Source of the DNA: Amoeboaphelidium protococcarum X5
Lineage: Eukaryota; Fungi; Aphelidiomycota
NCBI GenBank assembly: GCA_023515725.1
Contig: JALDTO010000154.1
Span: 316,407 to 380,406, forward strand
Length of the DNA stretch: 64,000 bases
Direction: 5' to 3'
Below are positions 1-11,765 of the stretch, one piece after another; the stretch's first letter is position 1, and the number at the start of each line of letters is the position of its first letter. The position numbers were made by a program, and so were the translations under genes. The notes beneath the pieces were generated by a model. It saw only the letters and a program-made list of their open reading frames with translations. It had not been told where the DNA came from and did not search any database.

Positions 1-95
1 ACTTTTTGCACATTAAAATTTTATTTAATTCTTAACTTTTAATCAACATCATTTTAAATTTCGATAAAATAACCATCCACCAGTATTTAAATAGA

Positions 96-947
96 TCAGC
101 GCATTTTGGAAATCGACCGAACAGGAGGCTTAGTTGCAACTTTAAGATTAGCAGCCATAGGAGTACTTTAATATCCTGAAGAGCGATGGTAAGCTGGAGA
201 TGTGGCAACAGGTGTCTGCGGGAATTTGGTCTTCATTGGCTAAAACATTTTCTTCGTCTCTGCCACGTAAGCCTTGTGTGAGGCGGGAACTGCCTAATAC
301 TTTACCACGTCAGCGTAAGTGGCTATTTGCTTCACTTGTACGCAATTCTCCTATCTAAATTGACGCTTTCTCTTCATTTCATGCTCAGCATTATCAGTAA
401 ATTGCTATCCACCAAATCCGGTAAATTTGAACGATGTCACCTGCTTACTATTACTCTAGTCTCTCATGGACACTCCATCCTGGCGCATTACATTAGTAAT
501 ATCAACCAGCGGTCCTCCGTACTCAGTAGCGAAAAACTTTCTCTTCTTTTAATCTTTTCCCGTATTATTAACTTTTGCTCTTTAAGATGATTACTAGTAG
601 GAGCTAGTACTATACTATCCAGTCAGTGGATTAAGATTCTCCTTGTTACCATCACCGCCGATATGATTTCTTTAAGGCGTAGTAAACGGAGTTTGCTAAT
701 TATGATGATTCTTCACTGGGAACTGATTAGTATTTAAAAATACTGATTGTTTATTATGCAATTTGATCAATGATGATTACTATTCCAAAGGATACTAATT
801 CTTATTCTAGGTGGCAGAATGCAAGTTGATTGCGGGAACTGTTGAACAGCTGCTCTTACTGAAATCATATTACGGTCCACTAGAGAAAGAGAATGTAAAT
901 CCATCTCCACTCAAGTTATTACTTCCAAAGCGATATATATCTGTCAT
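96..947 (-). CDS. 283-aa disordered protein with KEN box, D-box-like motif and C-terminal MR tail (candidate APC/C substrate or inhibitor)
   Basis: Open ATG(947)-TGA(96) with UAR=Gln. Motifs NKENLNP, GPLVDITNVMR and C-terminus PPVRSISKMR*. Confidence 0.65.
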
Positions 948-1789
948 ATCTTCCCAGAACTTATAGATATAGCTATTGAAGCAGAGTATATAACAAAATC
1001 AAGGTAAAACTATAACGACAGCAGTTGAAAGATGAAACAACAATTCGCTTGTTTCAGAGAAATGACAAGAGCGCCGCCGCTCATTCAATCAGGGACAAAC
1101 AAACAAACAAACAGACAACTGATTAAAAGCGAACGCGGGCATGAGCAGGAAACCATGGCACTTTTCTTGCAGAAATCTCCCCTGTATGATGACTGGCTTT
1201 CCACTATATAATGGTGTAATCAGGCAGAACTTTCGTTGTTACTTTTGGACTACGACAATTGCAAGAGGAACATAGAATTCAAAAAAAGGAAACCTTTAGA
1301 ATCTTCCATTGAGACAAAAGAGCACCTGCAAAGTGATTTTGACTCTATAAAATGAAATTTAGAGCTACTTAAGTAAATGACTCTCATTGAAAACGATTCA
1401 ATATTAAAGCTCGCTGGGATCTCTGGAGTACTAGCAGATGAAGCGATTTAATGACTATGATAATTGCTGCAATTAATTGATCTTACTAAAAGACGAATGG
1501 CAGGCCTGAAGTTACTGTATAAAGGATATAGCTAATCGCGTCGTGCATTTTTAGAAAGGCAATGAGTGTCTCATCTCTGCTGTTAAAAGGCGCTTGTCTG
1601 CTTTTGTGAAATGCCTTAATTCGTATAATTGGTCTATTAGTGCATTTAGTTGGATTTTGGTCTCAGCAAAAAGTGCAATCTTAGGACACTTAGAAAGAAT
1701 TGTTTTTTGGAGGAAGTGGGGCCTATGCTTCTTGATCATTGCGATATGATGGGAAGAGTCAATCTTTGAGAGTTTGTTACAGTTCATTC

Positions 1790-1925
1790 GTTTTAAACGT
1801 AGAATATTAAGATATACCATTGGGATTTCATTACTGCTTTTCTGCAGGCCAAGTTGAAGAGTTTAGTCTACATAGCTTAGCCCGAAGGTTTTGTTGTTCG
1901 TGGTAAAGAAGATTATGTCTATGCC
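1790..1925 (+). mobile_element. Ty1/copia reverse transcriptase fragment
   Basis: Translates IYHWDFITAFLQAKLKSLVYIAQPEGFVVRGKEDYV (Q of QPEGF = TAG), matching the copia RT motif IHQMDVKTAFL...IYMEQPEGF...GKEDYV. No LTRs or further pol sequence seen. Confidence 0.75.
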
Positions 1926-2049
1926 TGCATGAAAAATGCGTTTTCACGTACCAAGTTCAATTGTTTCCATATCAAGGTTATCAATCTATTTGCAGAGTAC
2001 TGTGATAAAAGTAAACGTTCATCAATTGACTAAGAATCCAAAAGTCTGC

Positions 2050-3240
2050 TTCTTTCAGATTAGTTAATAGGCCGTTTACTGTATTGTGAAGGATGCTTAC
2101 AAGTAGAATTGCCCAATCTGTGAGGAACCGTTTAGTCGTTCTGTGAAGAAGAAAATCAAAATGTGGATGCTTTCTTAACTTGACGCTCGTTATAAATCTT
2201 TCAGTAGAAATTTTGGTATTTAGGATTCCTACTTAGAGTCTACAGTGGATAGTAAGCCAATAGAAGTGGTTGTTCAGTTGAATATTAGATTAAGGACCCG
2301 CGTGACCAGGAGATGATGATTCTGAATCCGTCAATAGTTAAGACAGTGTTGATGGCTATTGTACTATGATGGCGCTGCAGAAGATTTGTGTTGCTGCCAA
2401 TCTGCCAAATGTCCATTAGATGAATACTCACGCTTTGTGGTCACATTGTTTTAGATTAAACAAGGTCACTAGTTCTATAGATCAGAGAAGACGTTTTAAA
2501 TTACTCCATAACATTCGCTGATGTTGGCAGTCCTGTTTCCGTTTTACGGCCCGCGTATCGTGCTCCTCCTGCTAGCCGCTACTGGTTTGCTTTCGATGGT
2601 ACCGGATACCAACCATTGGATGTAAACAATGAAACTCGCGTACTCGGAATTCACGTCAATAGTGGCGTGCTTTTGGGCTGCTTTTGGTGGTTTTGATGAC
2701 CGAATCCCAGGTGTTCCAACTGATCAGACATCGTTTATAAATGGAATGCATGAGCTGGTGTACACGACTACCAGATGGCGTGAAGAGAACGGCGAAAATT
2801 TAGGTGAAAAGAAGCGGGTTGAATTCAACGAAGAGCTTCAGAGATCACCAATGCCACATGACCCACATTCCTTCCGCTAAATCAACCTCATTTCTGGCAA
2901 TCATCTAACATAAGCAGTATGTATGTTGCCTTTGACGCTACTTCTCCTGGATATCCTGCGACTCCTAACAAGCGGCTGTTTTATATGAGCTGAAGAAACG
3001 TAGCAGAGTCCGCTCGGTCCCTAAGTTTCGAACCAGTTCAAGATAGATGTAGAAATTGTGAGTGTGAGCTCGTTCAATCCCAATTATGCCTAATTATGTA
3101 TTGCCCAAGAAACAATTGTTTAGCTATCTGGCACCGTGGTGAGAATGCTGCACGTAACATTCGCCGCATCTTTCTGGCAATATATCGTGACTGTGGTGAA
3201 TGGCCGGTTCCATTTCGATACGATCCTCCTCGTCCTCAAT
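2050..3240 (+). pseudogene. Degenerate Fanzor1 (eukaryotic TnpB homologue)
   Basis: Ordered motifs across frameshifts: LWSHCFRLNKV (~2435), RuvC-I RVLGIH (~2637-2654), YVAF..SPGYPATPNKRL, RuvC-II VPKFRTS..CRNC (~3017-3060), Zn finger/RuvC-III YCPRNNCLAIWHRGENAARNIRRIF...GEWPVPF. The 5' boundary is approximate. Confidence 0.75.
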
Positions 3241-3394
3241 TAATGATTAGCCTAGGCTTCGCGCGTAACAGATTGATCGGCGATGAATATCCGCAGCTAT
3301 CCCTCATACACCTAAAGTATGAAAATTACTGTAAATGTCTTTATTATTTTTAATGAGAGTTCTTTTCAAATCATGTCTATCAACCAGTAGTAAT

Positions 3395-4465
3395 TCAACT
3401 GTTCTGCTCAATCTTCTAAATGACAGCAGCAGTGAACTCTGAGCACTTGGCCTTTCCACCCAGATCGCCAGTTCTAACTTTACCTTCGGAAATTGTGTCA
3501 ATCACACTCTTCTCAATCAGCTCAGCATACTCATCCAGATGCATGTGCTTCAACATCATACACGAGGAAAGCAGTAAAGCAGTTGGATTAGCCAGATCTT
3601 TGCCTGCAATCAGAGGCGCAGTTCCATGGACACTCTCAAAAATAGATGCGGATTCACCGATATTACCAGAGGGAGTCAGACCAAGACCACCAATCAGACC
3701 GGCACACATGTCAGATAGAATGTCACCATACAAATTAGGCATAACCAGAACACTGTCCTTGTACATGCTCGGATTGGTAACAATATTTAGGCACGCATTG
3801 TCCAGGGACACGTCATCATGCTTGATGTCCGTAAAGTTCTTGGAGGCGTCCTGGAACGCGCTCAGAAACAGACCGTCCGAAGACTTCATGATCGCAGCCT
3901 TGTGCACGCAAGTGACGCGGGAACGGCCCTGATTCTTGTGGCGACGCGCATAGTCAAATGCAAAGCGTACAACACGGTCAGATGCCTCCTTGGTGATTAG
4001 TTTGATCGACTGCACAACACCTGGCACAACTTCATGCTCGATACCGCTGTACTCACCCTCAGTGTTCTCTCTGATGATCACCGTGTTCACATCCTTGTAC
4101 GGAGTAGGGAAACCAGGCAGAGAACGGCACGGACGGACGTTGGCGTACAGATTGAACAGTCTGCGCAGAGTCAAATTCAATGACACGTGTCCTTTCCCGA
4201 TAGGAGTTGCCAACGGACCTTTCAGCGCAATCTTATTGTGGCCGATACTATCCAAGGCGGCTTACGGAATAGTAGTCTTTCCATCGGGCAATCTTACCGG
4301 AGTCACGTCCACCTCTTCCCACTCAATTGGCACCTGCGCGGCGATGTAAATCTTCTTCAGCGCTGCACTAATTTCCGGTCCAATTCCATCACCAGGTATT
4401 AATGTGACGCGATGCTTAGTTCCCACAGACGCTAAATGTCTTGCAAATGTTTTTCCTTAAATCAT
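3395..4465 (-). CDS. IDH2: NAD-dependent isocitrate dehydrogenase catalytic subunit, mitochondrial (356 aa)
   Basis: [63 protein letters not shown]. Continuous ATG-TGA when TAA/TAG=Gln. Confidence 0.95.
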
Positions 4466-5486
4466 CGTATATATATCTATATTGAGATTCCTACCGTTTT
4501 GTTAATCGAAATGGAGTAGAAAAAAATCGTAAGGATCAAAAGAGGCAAATCGTGAAAAATCACACCGAACGAAAAAAATAATCCTGCCTAAACTAGACTG
4601 ATTTGACATTTACATTAATCCTGCTAACATGATAGTCTTTATTAATCCATCATAAACTAGTCTAATCCTATTGAACGGTAATGTATGTTGTTTGTGACTT
4701 TATTAATAACAAAACATTCAACTTCACTGAATAACTTTTATTTTCAACTACACATAACGTTATGACCAACTATGAGCACACAAAACAGATTGAGAAAAAA
4801 TACCATCATAAAGTGGTCATTAATGGGATCAATCAACATCAATTTACGCGACTTGAACAGCGTTCGGTTCTGCTCTTTAATATAACTGTGAATCTTGTCC
4901 AATCTCTACATATGTACAAATAGCGACCTAAATGTCCACCAAAATATCATGCTATTGAGCTCACCTTTTCAAACCTTGATTGGAATAATAATGAGTAAAG
5001 TTGAAAAGTCGCGCATTCTAGAAGACAATCCAGAATATTAGGCCAATTTAAACGCTCCGCCTGAGCGTACATGGAGTTGAGAGTATTCAACACGGGTATG
5101 AGTTCATTCAATTCAATCTACAATGAGCTTTATTATTAAAAAAAAATTGTATTAAAATATACTCTTTCGAGATGTTACATATTCAGACAGTTCTGACGGC
5201 AGTTCTGACGTTCTGAATTGGATAGTGTCACCATGTGAGTAATCTCGTTCCACGATAAAGAACTTGCTCCCACTCTCTGTCTACTTAACTTGAGGCTATT
5301 ATTATTATTCTTCTTGTCTAGTATTAGGAACTCCACTATTGCTATGATCAGCAGTATTTTTGTTTTGAGATTGAAGCTCCATTTATAAGGTACAATTTCT
5401 GTGACGCGAATTGCTTGCTTTCAACCAAGAGAGATTTTTAACTGATCAACTACCTTGACCATTTCGCGTCAATAGTAAGAATCATC

Positions 5487-5969
5487 ATGTCATAGTAGCA
5501 ACCACTGAAAATGTACATTATAGTGCGACGGGATTTATCTAAGGTATAAATATTATAATTATAATTAAAATAAGCCGTATCTAATTTAAGTCTATTGTAG
5601 ATGCTCAAATGGCCTGGAGGCGCGGTGATTGCCCAGGCGTGTCACGCCTCAACTCTCGCTCTGCATCAGTTTAAAGATGATACAAATACGACTGAATACT
5701 TGAAAGATGCTCAAAATATGCACAAAGTAGTTTTACAGGTAATTCAATGTTCTTCGGTGGGAATTAGTAGATCATGTATCGATCGAACACCGCTGTAGAT
5801 TGAAGATGAAGCATAACTAAAGCAGCTATCCGCCTCGCTGTAACAACGAGGGATTGATCATGTTACGTGGATGGAGTAGCCTGAGAACATCGCTACATGC
5901 ATAAGCACTAAACCGTATCGCAAAAATGAAATTGGAGATATTCTCAGCCATTTAAAGTTATACAAGTGA
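5487..5969 (+). CDS. PTRHD1: PTH2-family peptidyl-tRNA hydrolase PTRHD1-like; introns 5544-5600 and 5739-5798
   Basis: YIIVRRDL / WPGGAVIAQACHAS...NMHKVVLQ / WMEQPENIATCISTKPY (Q of EQPE = TAG); GT-AG introns. Confidence 0.9.
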
Positions 5970-6068
5970 TTTCTCTCGTCAGTCCTCTCCCATACGTACT
6001 CACTCTTCTTTCCTCGTTCATTCCCCTTTCTCATTAACGTTTATTAAGAACCTACTGGTACAATTGTG

Positions 6069-6440
6069 ATGAGCACAACTTAGTCTTTTAGAGAGCGAAA
6101 TTTAATTGCGGCCATTGGAGATGAAGACAGTGTGACTGGACTCCTACTGGCGGGCATTGGCAATGTTGACCCAGTGTCAAAGGCGTCCAACTTTCTGGTT
6201 GTGGATAAGAATACGACGCTGGATCAGATTATATCCACATTCTAGTAGTTTTGTAAGCGGAAAGATATTGCAATCATTCTTATTAATCAGTACTTGGCTA
6301 ATGAAATAAGAGATTAAGTGGCAGAGTAGTAAAAGATGGCGTTCCCTGTAATAGTTGAGATTCCATCAAAAGATTATCCATATGATCCTGCTCAAGACTC
6401 GGTGCTGATCAAGATTCAGAAAATGTTTGGTAATGAGTGA
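6069..6440 (+). CDS. VMA7: V-type ATPase subunit F
   Basis: [53 protein letters not shown]. Confidence 0.95.
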
Positions 6441-6538
6441 TGATGATGATAATCTTGTCACTTCAAAATATGGAGTGTGAAATAATGTACAGATTATATC
6501 TAATTTACATTGAAATTTTTTAACACGACGACAACCAG

Positions 6539-7693
6539 TCATGGCTCGGAGTTGATTTCAATGACCGACTGTAGAATTTGTGCAGGTTAGTTATAATTGG
6601 TCCACGCTGATATGATACAATTGCCATCGTTCTGGTCATCACTAAACATACAATATGTAAAGTTTTCGCAACGTTTAAACATTTTCTTGACTGTGGGGTA
6701 TTGGAGCGATATTGCCATTAACTCATTTTAGACACTTTCCACTATACGCTCCAACCTGTCTGAATCTAAATCTAATTCATCACGCTAAATAAGTCCAACT
6801 TCATCCGGCACAATCAACTTACACCCATTCACGATTCGCACAAAGTACACCAGTCCTGGGAAGCGATAAAGGTAAGGAAGAAGTTGAACACGAGAATATT
6901 ACAAGTCAACGGCAATATCTAAGTTGGATAACTCTAAGAAGTTCCTCAAATCGGAATCATATTCAGGCGGGAGTAATTACACCAACACAATGCCAGGATT
7001 ATTCAAATGTCTCACAGAAATCGCCATATCCCCTGACACATTAAGCCTGTACTCTTCACTTTTTGACTATATATGCCTGGTGTAGACATTAAAGAGAACA
7101 TTAAACAGCCGCAAAAGAGAATTAGACACGTCACCGTGGACGTAAAACAGTGTATCATTGTGGTAGATAGCCGATGGTAAGCTTTGCATCTAAAACAAAT
7201 CCTGAAACTAAAGTCTTAACTCAGCTGCAACAATAACATACTCTTTGATAGCCAAATCTTAAAAATAACGAGTGGATGGACTCTCTGTAATAGTCTTTAA
7301 ACAACAATTGATCAGTTCAACCAGCTACGTGTTTCCGTCAAGCAAGTCTATAACGCCATCTATATGTAAGTCATCTAAGCATATATCAATCAGATCAATA
7401 ACTATATTCACTACGGATTCCGCTCTCGCTTAATTTAGACCACAGCAATACAAATAACCAACATCATCATCACCTAGCGCCTTCATGATGAACTATCCAG
7501 AAGATTTATAAAACGAGGCAGCTTTTACCATGATCCGTTGATTATTATCATCAGTATCGTCAGAGCCATTTAGTAACTCTGTTAACAAATTCTAAGTGGT
7601 AATCAAAGGCATAAATTATACATCACTTTAATCTCCACAGTCACCAAAACGGTATCTGATAATACCATTCCTATCGAGCAAAATTATACTCAT
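6539..7693 (-). CDS. HPS1-like (FUZ/MON1/HPS1 longin family) protein, 384 aa
   Basis: Open ATG-TGA frame. N-terminus MSIILLDRNGIIRYRFGD..FMPLITTQNLL and YLYRFPGLVYFVRI resemble HPS1 (FPGLVHFIYVDR). Confidence 0.55.
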
Positions 7694-8740
7694 TCTCCAC
7701 TATAGTAAATATTTAACAGAGAAAAGAATGAACGGTCTCAAGAGAGTGAGTATTCAAAGAGAAGTAGAACAACGCGATACAGATATAATGTTGGAGGCGG
7801 GTGGCTGTACTCAGCCACAACTTGATCGACTGCTGTGTTAATCGAAAGGTGGCGCTTGCGCCTTGAATCTTGAAAGTGAAGGAAAATATACTCAATAATT
7901 AGCAGTTCTTTATTCAGATTCCTACATATAACGTAGAGTCTATGCACAGTCTGTTCGCTGATTGTTTACAGATTGCTGCGTGAATCATTCGAAACAGCTT
8001 TAGCGCCAATAAAAAGGTTTTCGGAACATTCCGCGAGCGATACATGGACAATCAATCCGACCGACCAACCAACCAGAGCGCGCGCCCTGACGTTGAGGAC
8101 GATCGCTCAGGCATTCGAACCTTCCTCCACACACACACATTCATCCCTTGACGCGAATCTCGTGAATGAATTCGTATTATTACCCCCGATCCGCACGCAA
8201 GCACGCTCGCCGCCATTTCGCGATTGCAGTTGGATAGATCGATTTCATCATAATCATCGTCTTCTGTGTTTTGATTGATTGACAACATTAAGGCTTTGAC
8301 TTTGTCCTCTTTTGTCTTGCGTAAGGGCTTCACATTGTTATCGTTATTACAAGAGATAGCACTCCTTCTCTTTCTACAAATTGCTGTCACTAATAGAGAT
8401 TAGTCTACAATCTTTGGTCATATCATCGTCGATTCCTGGGCTCTCTCTCTCTTTACAGTATACAATATACAATCTGGATACATTTGGCGTGATAATAGCT
8501 GCACACCCGACTACTATATAATTGTTGAACTAATTGTTGTTGTTGTTGAAATTCCGAGATATAGAAGGTTGATTGTTGAAGTACATTACATTGAGATTGC
8601 CAAAAGACAACATCAAAGTATAATTATAAATTTTGGATATTAGAGCAATAAGTTGCACATTCGATAGTGGTAAGCTTTACTCGTCTTGGTATATATATAC
8701 ATAGTAAACCTACAGTTAGTTTCTGAGTTTTGAGTGATAA

Positions 8741-9904
8741 ATGGCCGATAAATATTATAATGGTGTTGCTGTGACTGCTCCGGTAGCTCCTAGATGGTAG
8801 TAGTAGGGGAAATATATATCATCATCTACATCTTTGGACCCATCCCTGATATCTTCTGCGTAGTCTACTGGAGCCTCATGGCGCAAGATTGCTAGGCCCT
8901 GTGAGCAGATTCAACAATATCAATCCTTTAGTTCTAGTTAGGTACCGGATGATTATAGTGGTGTTAAGTTATCTACTCCATAAATGAGAATGGGAGATTA
9001 AGACAGGGCGAGCTAGAGTGAAGTCTCAGTTGCTGGATGGAGTGACGATTAGCGTGTGTGGCAGCAATAATCAACAGTATCGAATAATGGCGGTACACAT
9101 TAGACTTAACTTTTCAATCGGTGTGAGAGCAGAAGTAACGGAAGTAGTTATATTGGCGACAATCAATTTGACGGTGGTAATATTGTTCACAGTCAACCTA
9201 CAGTAGTGGACAAGGGGTACGTACAGTCGATATGGAGTAGCCACGATGAGAAGGAGTATTTGCGTAGAACTAGAAGCTCCGATATTAGCTATAATAAGCA
9301 TCCCCATTATTCGCATAATAATCATCATCAATAGTCTCAGTAGTTATCGTTGCAGCAGAATCATCATAATTATAATCACTCCATGTACAATGGATCATCC
9401 GTGCCAGATCTGACATCATGCGGATCTCAGTTTGACGATGTGAAGAGCATCAAGAGTGATCTGTCTTCACCTGCTGTGAGAAGTGATTTGTCTGTAAGAT
9501 CTATAGATGGTGGTGGCAATGGATCTATGTTTTCGTATTATCCCCAATCTGAGCCTGACAGTACACGGAAATGGATAAAGGTGAAGTAGCCAGAGTTGCT
9601 ACCATACCAACATTGGAATAAGCATTTGAATGCTCAGATTATGCCACTTGGTAATCCACGACATTTGAAGGGGAAGATGCAGTAGAATAATGGCACTAAC
9701 GTCGGAGATAGACATGGTGATGACGCGTAGTAGTTGCAATAATAGCAATAGTTTACCGGATTTATAGTTGGACGTCAAGACTACAATAACAGCAACAATA
9801 GCAACAATAACTATAGTAATAATGTGAAAGGTACGAGGAATTATCAACATCGCTATCAGCATTAACAATAATAGCAGAGACCATAGCGAGAGTATCAATA
9901 CTGA
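8741..9904 (+). CDS. Q/N/S-rich low-complexity hypothetical protein (387 aa)
   Basis: Open ATG-TGA frame with UAR=Gln. Poly-Q tracts mix CAA/CAG/TAA/TAG; poly-N tract near the C-terminus. Confidence 0.75.
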
Positions 9905-10038
9905 CGCCAGCAGGATCTTGACTGATTATAGTTCAAGTTTCGTATTATCTAACTGAGTATAAAAAAAAATAAAAAAAAAAAATATAATAGTGAACAGATT
10001 GGAATGAACTTAATATATATTTTAGTAATAAAAGTATT

Positions 10039-11601
10039 TCATTTATTTTTGCGCTTGCCCCGCTTCTTACCACCTTCTACGGCCAATGCGTGTCCTGTGG
10101 CTTCAATATGTCGAAATAACTTGTTCCTGGTCTCAAATTGCATTGAACATACATTACATGCCAGTCCTTAAGATGATGAAAATTGCGCATTCTTACCTTT
10201 GGCCCTCCTAGAACCGCTCTTTTTGGTCTAACTTTATGAGGCTTTATTTACTTGAGTACCGGCAGACGAGATCTCTTCCTATTAATCACCTTTATGCTAC
10301 TTTTCATCTTGATCTGATATGTCTATAGATTTAATTCCTTCCACTACTTCAGGCTCACCGTACTCACTCTCGGATGATAAAGACCCTGTGGATGAATTAC
10401 TTGATGTAGCAGATTGATCCAATTCCTGCTCTTGATCAAAGGCACCATTGTCCATTAATCCGTCATCAGAATTGATTTCATCAGTCTACTATTCTTATTA
10501 TTCATCTAAAGGAGATTCTGACGCGTCTTGAACTTCTTCAGAACTTGCATCAGCGTCATTTAGTTAATTATATAATTCGTCATCCTTCAGCATCTGTTCC
10601 TTTACCAGCTTCTCCATCTTTTAGTGCTTCTTACTTCGCTCATGATTACTTAGCTATTTATCAGACTTGAAACTTTTATCACACAATACACAGAAGAAAT
10701 CTTATTCAAACGAGTCATCTTCATCAAAATCGCCATCATTGACATCTGCATTGCCAGATTAATAAACATCTTCATACTCTTCATCCAACAGCTGGTCCAG
10801 CCGATCTTCATCAACTTTCATCCACTCCTACTCTTGAAAGAATTCTCCCTTTCGAAGTAATTCCGCTCTCTCTTCAGCCACTCTACGCCTTTCTATAGTC
10901 TACCTGGCCTCTTATGCAGCTTTCGCTTCTTCATGCAAACGTTTCCACCGCTCATCACGTCGCTGCACAAACTTGGTTAGAGCTCGGACACTATCATTAT
11001 ACTCGCGCTTGGCCTGCTCTCTAAATTTCTTGTTCTCTTTGCCAACCACACGGCGGACGCGTCGATTATGTTCATCAGCCGCGCGATACTTGTCGACCCA
11101 TGCGAAATCCAGCGAGGTTGAAAACGACGTCCAGTAACCGTAGAAGGATTTCAGAGTCTGGTAATCAGTATTTAGAGAGCCAAATGACATCTGGAACATG
11201 TCGCTGTTACCCGCCTTGATTTCCTGCTATACAAGCTCTTCATACACGCTCCTATAAACAGCATAGAAACCGTTCGGACTATCATTAAATCCATCGTAAA
11301 CCGACGTAGAGAAGTAATGATTAACATCCACAATATCCTCGAAATACTGCTACTATTCCGCTTAATCTTTAGAATTTCTAAGAATTTAATTTCTATGACT
11401 ATCATACCAAGATCGCTCCTGAGGATCAGATAGAATATCATAAGCTTCCTGAATCAATCTAAATCTACTTGTCGCCTCTTCAACCTTGTCGGGATTCTTA
11501 TCAGGATGCCACTGTAAAGCCAATTTCCTATAAGCCTTCTTAATCTCATCATCTTACGCTGTACGCGCAACTCCTAGCACCTCATAATGACACTGCTTCA
11601 T
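10039..11601 (-). CDS. JJJ1: DnaJ/C2H2 ribosome-biogenesis co-chaperone (DNAJC21/Jjj1)
   Basis: [12 protein letters not shown]-domain [17 protein letters not shown], zinc fingers [12 protein letters not shown] and [17 protein letters not shown]. Confidence 0.92.
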
Positions 11602-11765
11602 ATCTATATCTATCACTGTGATAATTTCTAAGAGCAAAGAAAAACGACAGCGTATTCGAAGTGAAAATAAAAAAGAAATTTAAAAAACAAAACATTTCAA
11701 TGCAGTTAAGTGTATATGCCTTCGTTATTATCATTATCAAGTGTGTACCAACGTCACTACACAAC

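Noticed and set aside
1155-1790. Coding-like fragments upstream of the copia RT piece
   Set aside because: Multiple TGAs and no recognisable motif; probably decayed sequence of unknown origin.
3420-4349. Long plus-strand ORFs opposite IDH2 (and similar antisense ORFs elsewhere in the track)
   Set aside because: Antisense shadows of conserved genes; no independent coding signal.
4762-5003. ~80-codon ATG-TGA frame
   Set aside because: Such lengths arise easily by chance with a single stop codon; no supporting motif.
7973-8390. ORFs 7973-8278 (+) and 8052-8390 (-)
   Set aside because: They lie in a CG-rich divergent promoter region; no protein-like features.
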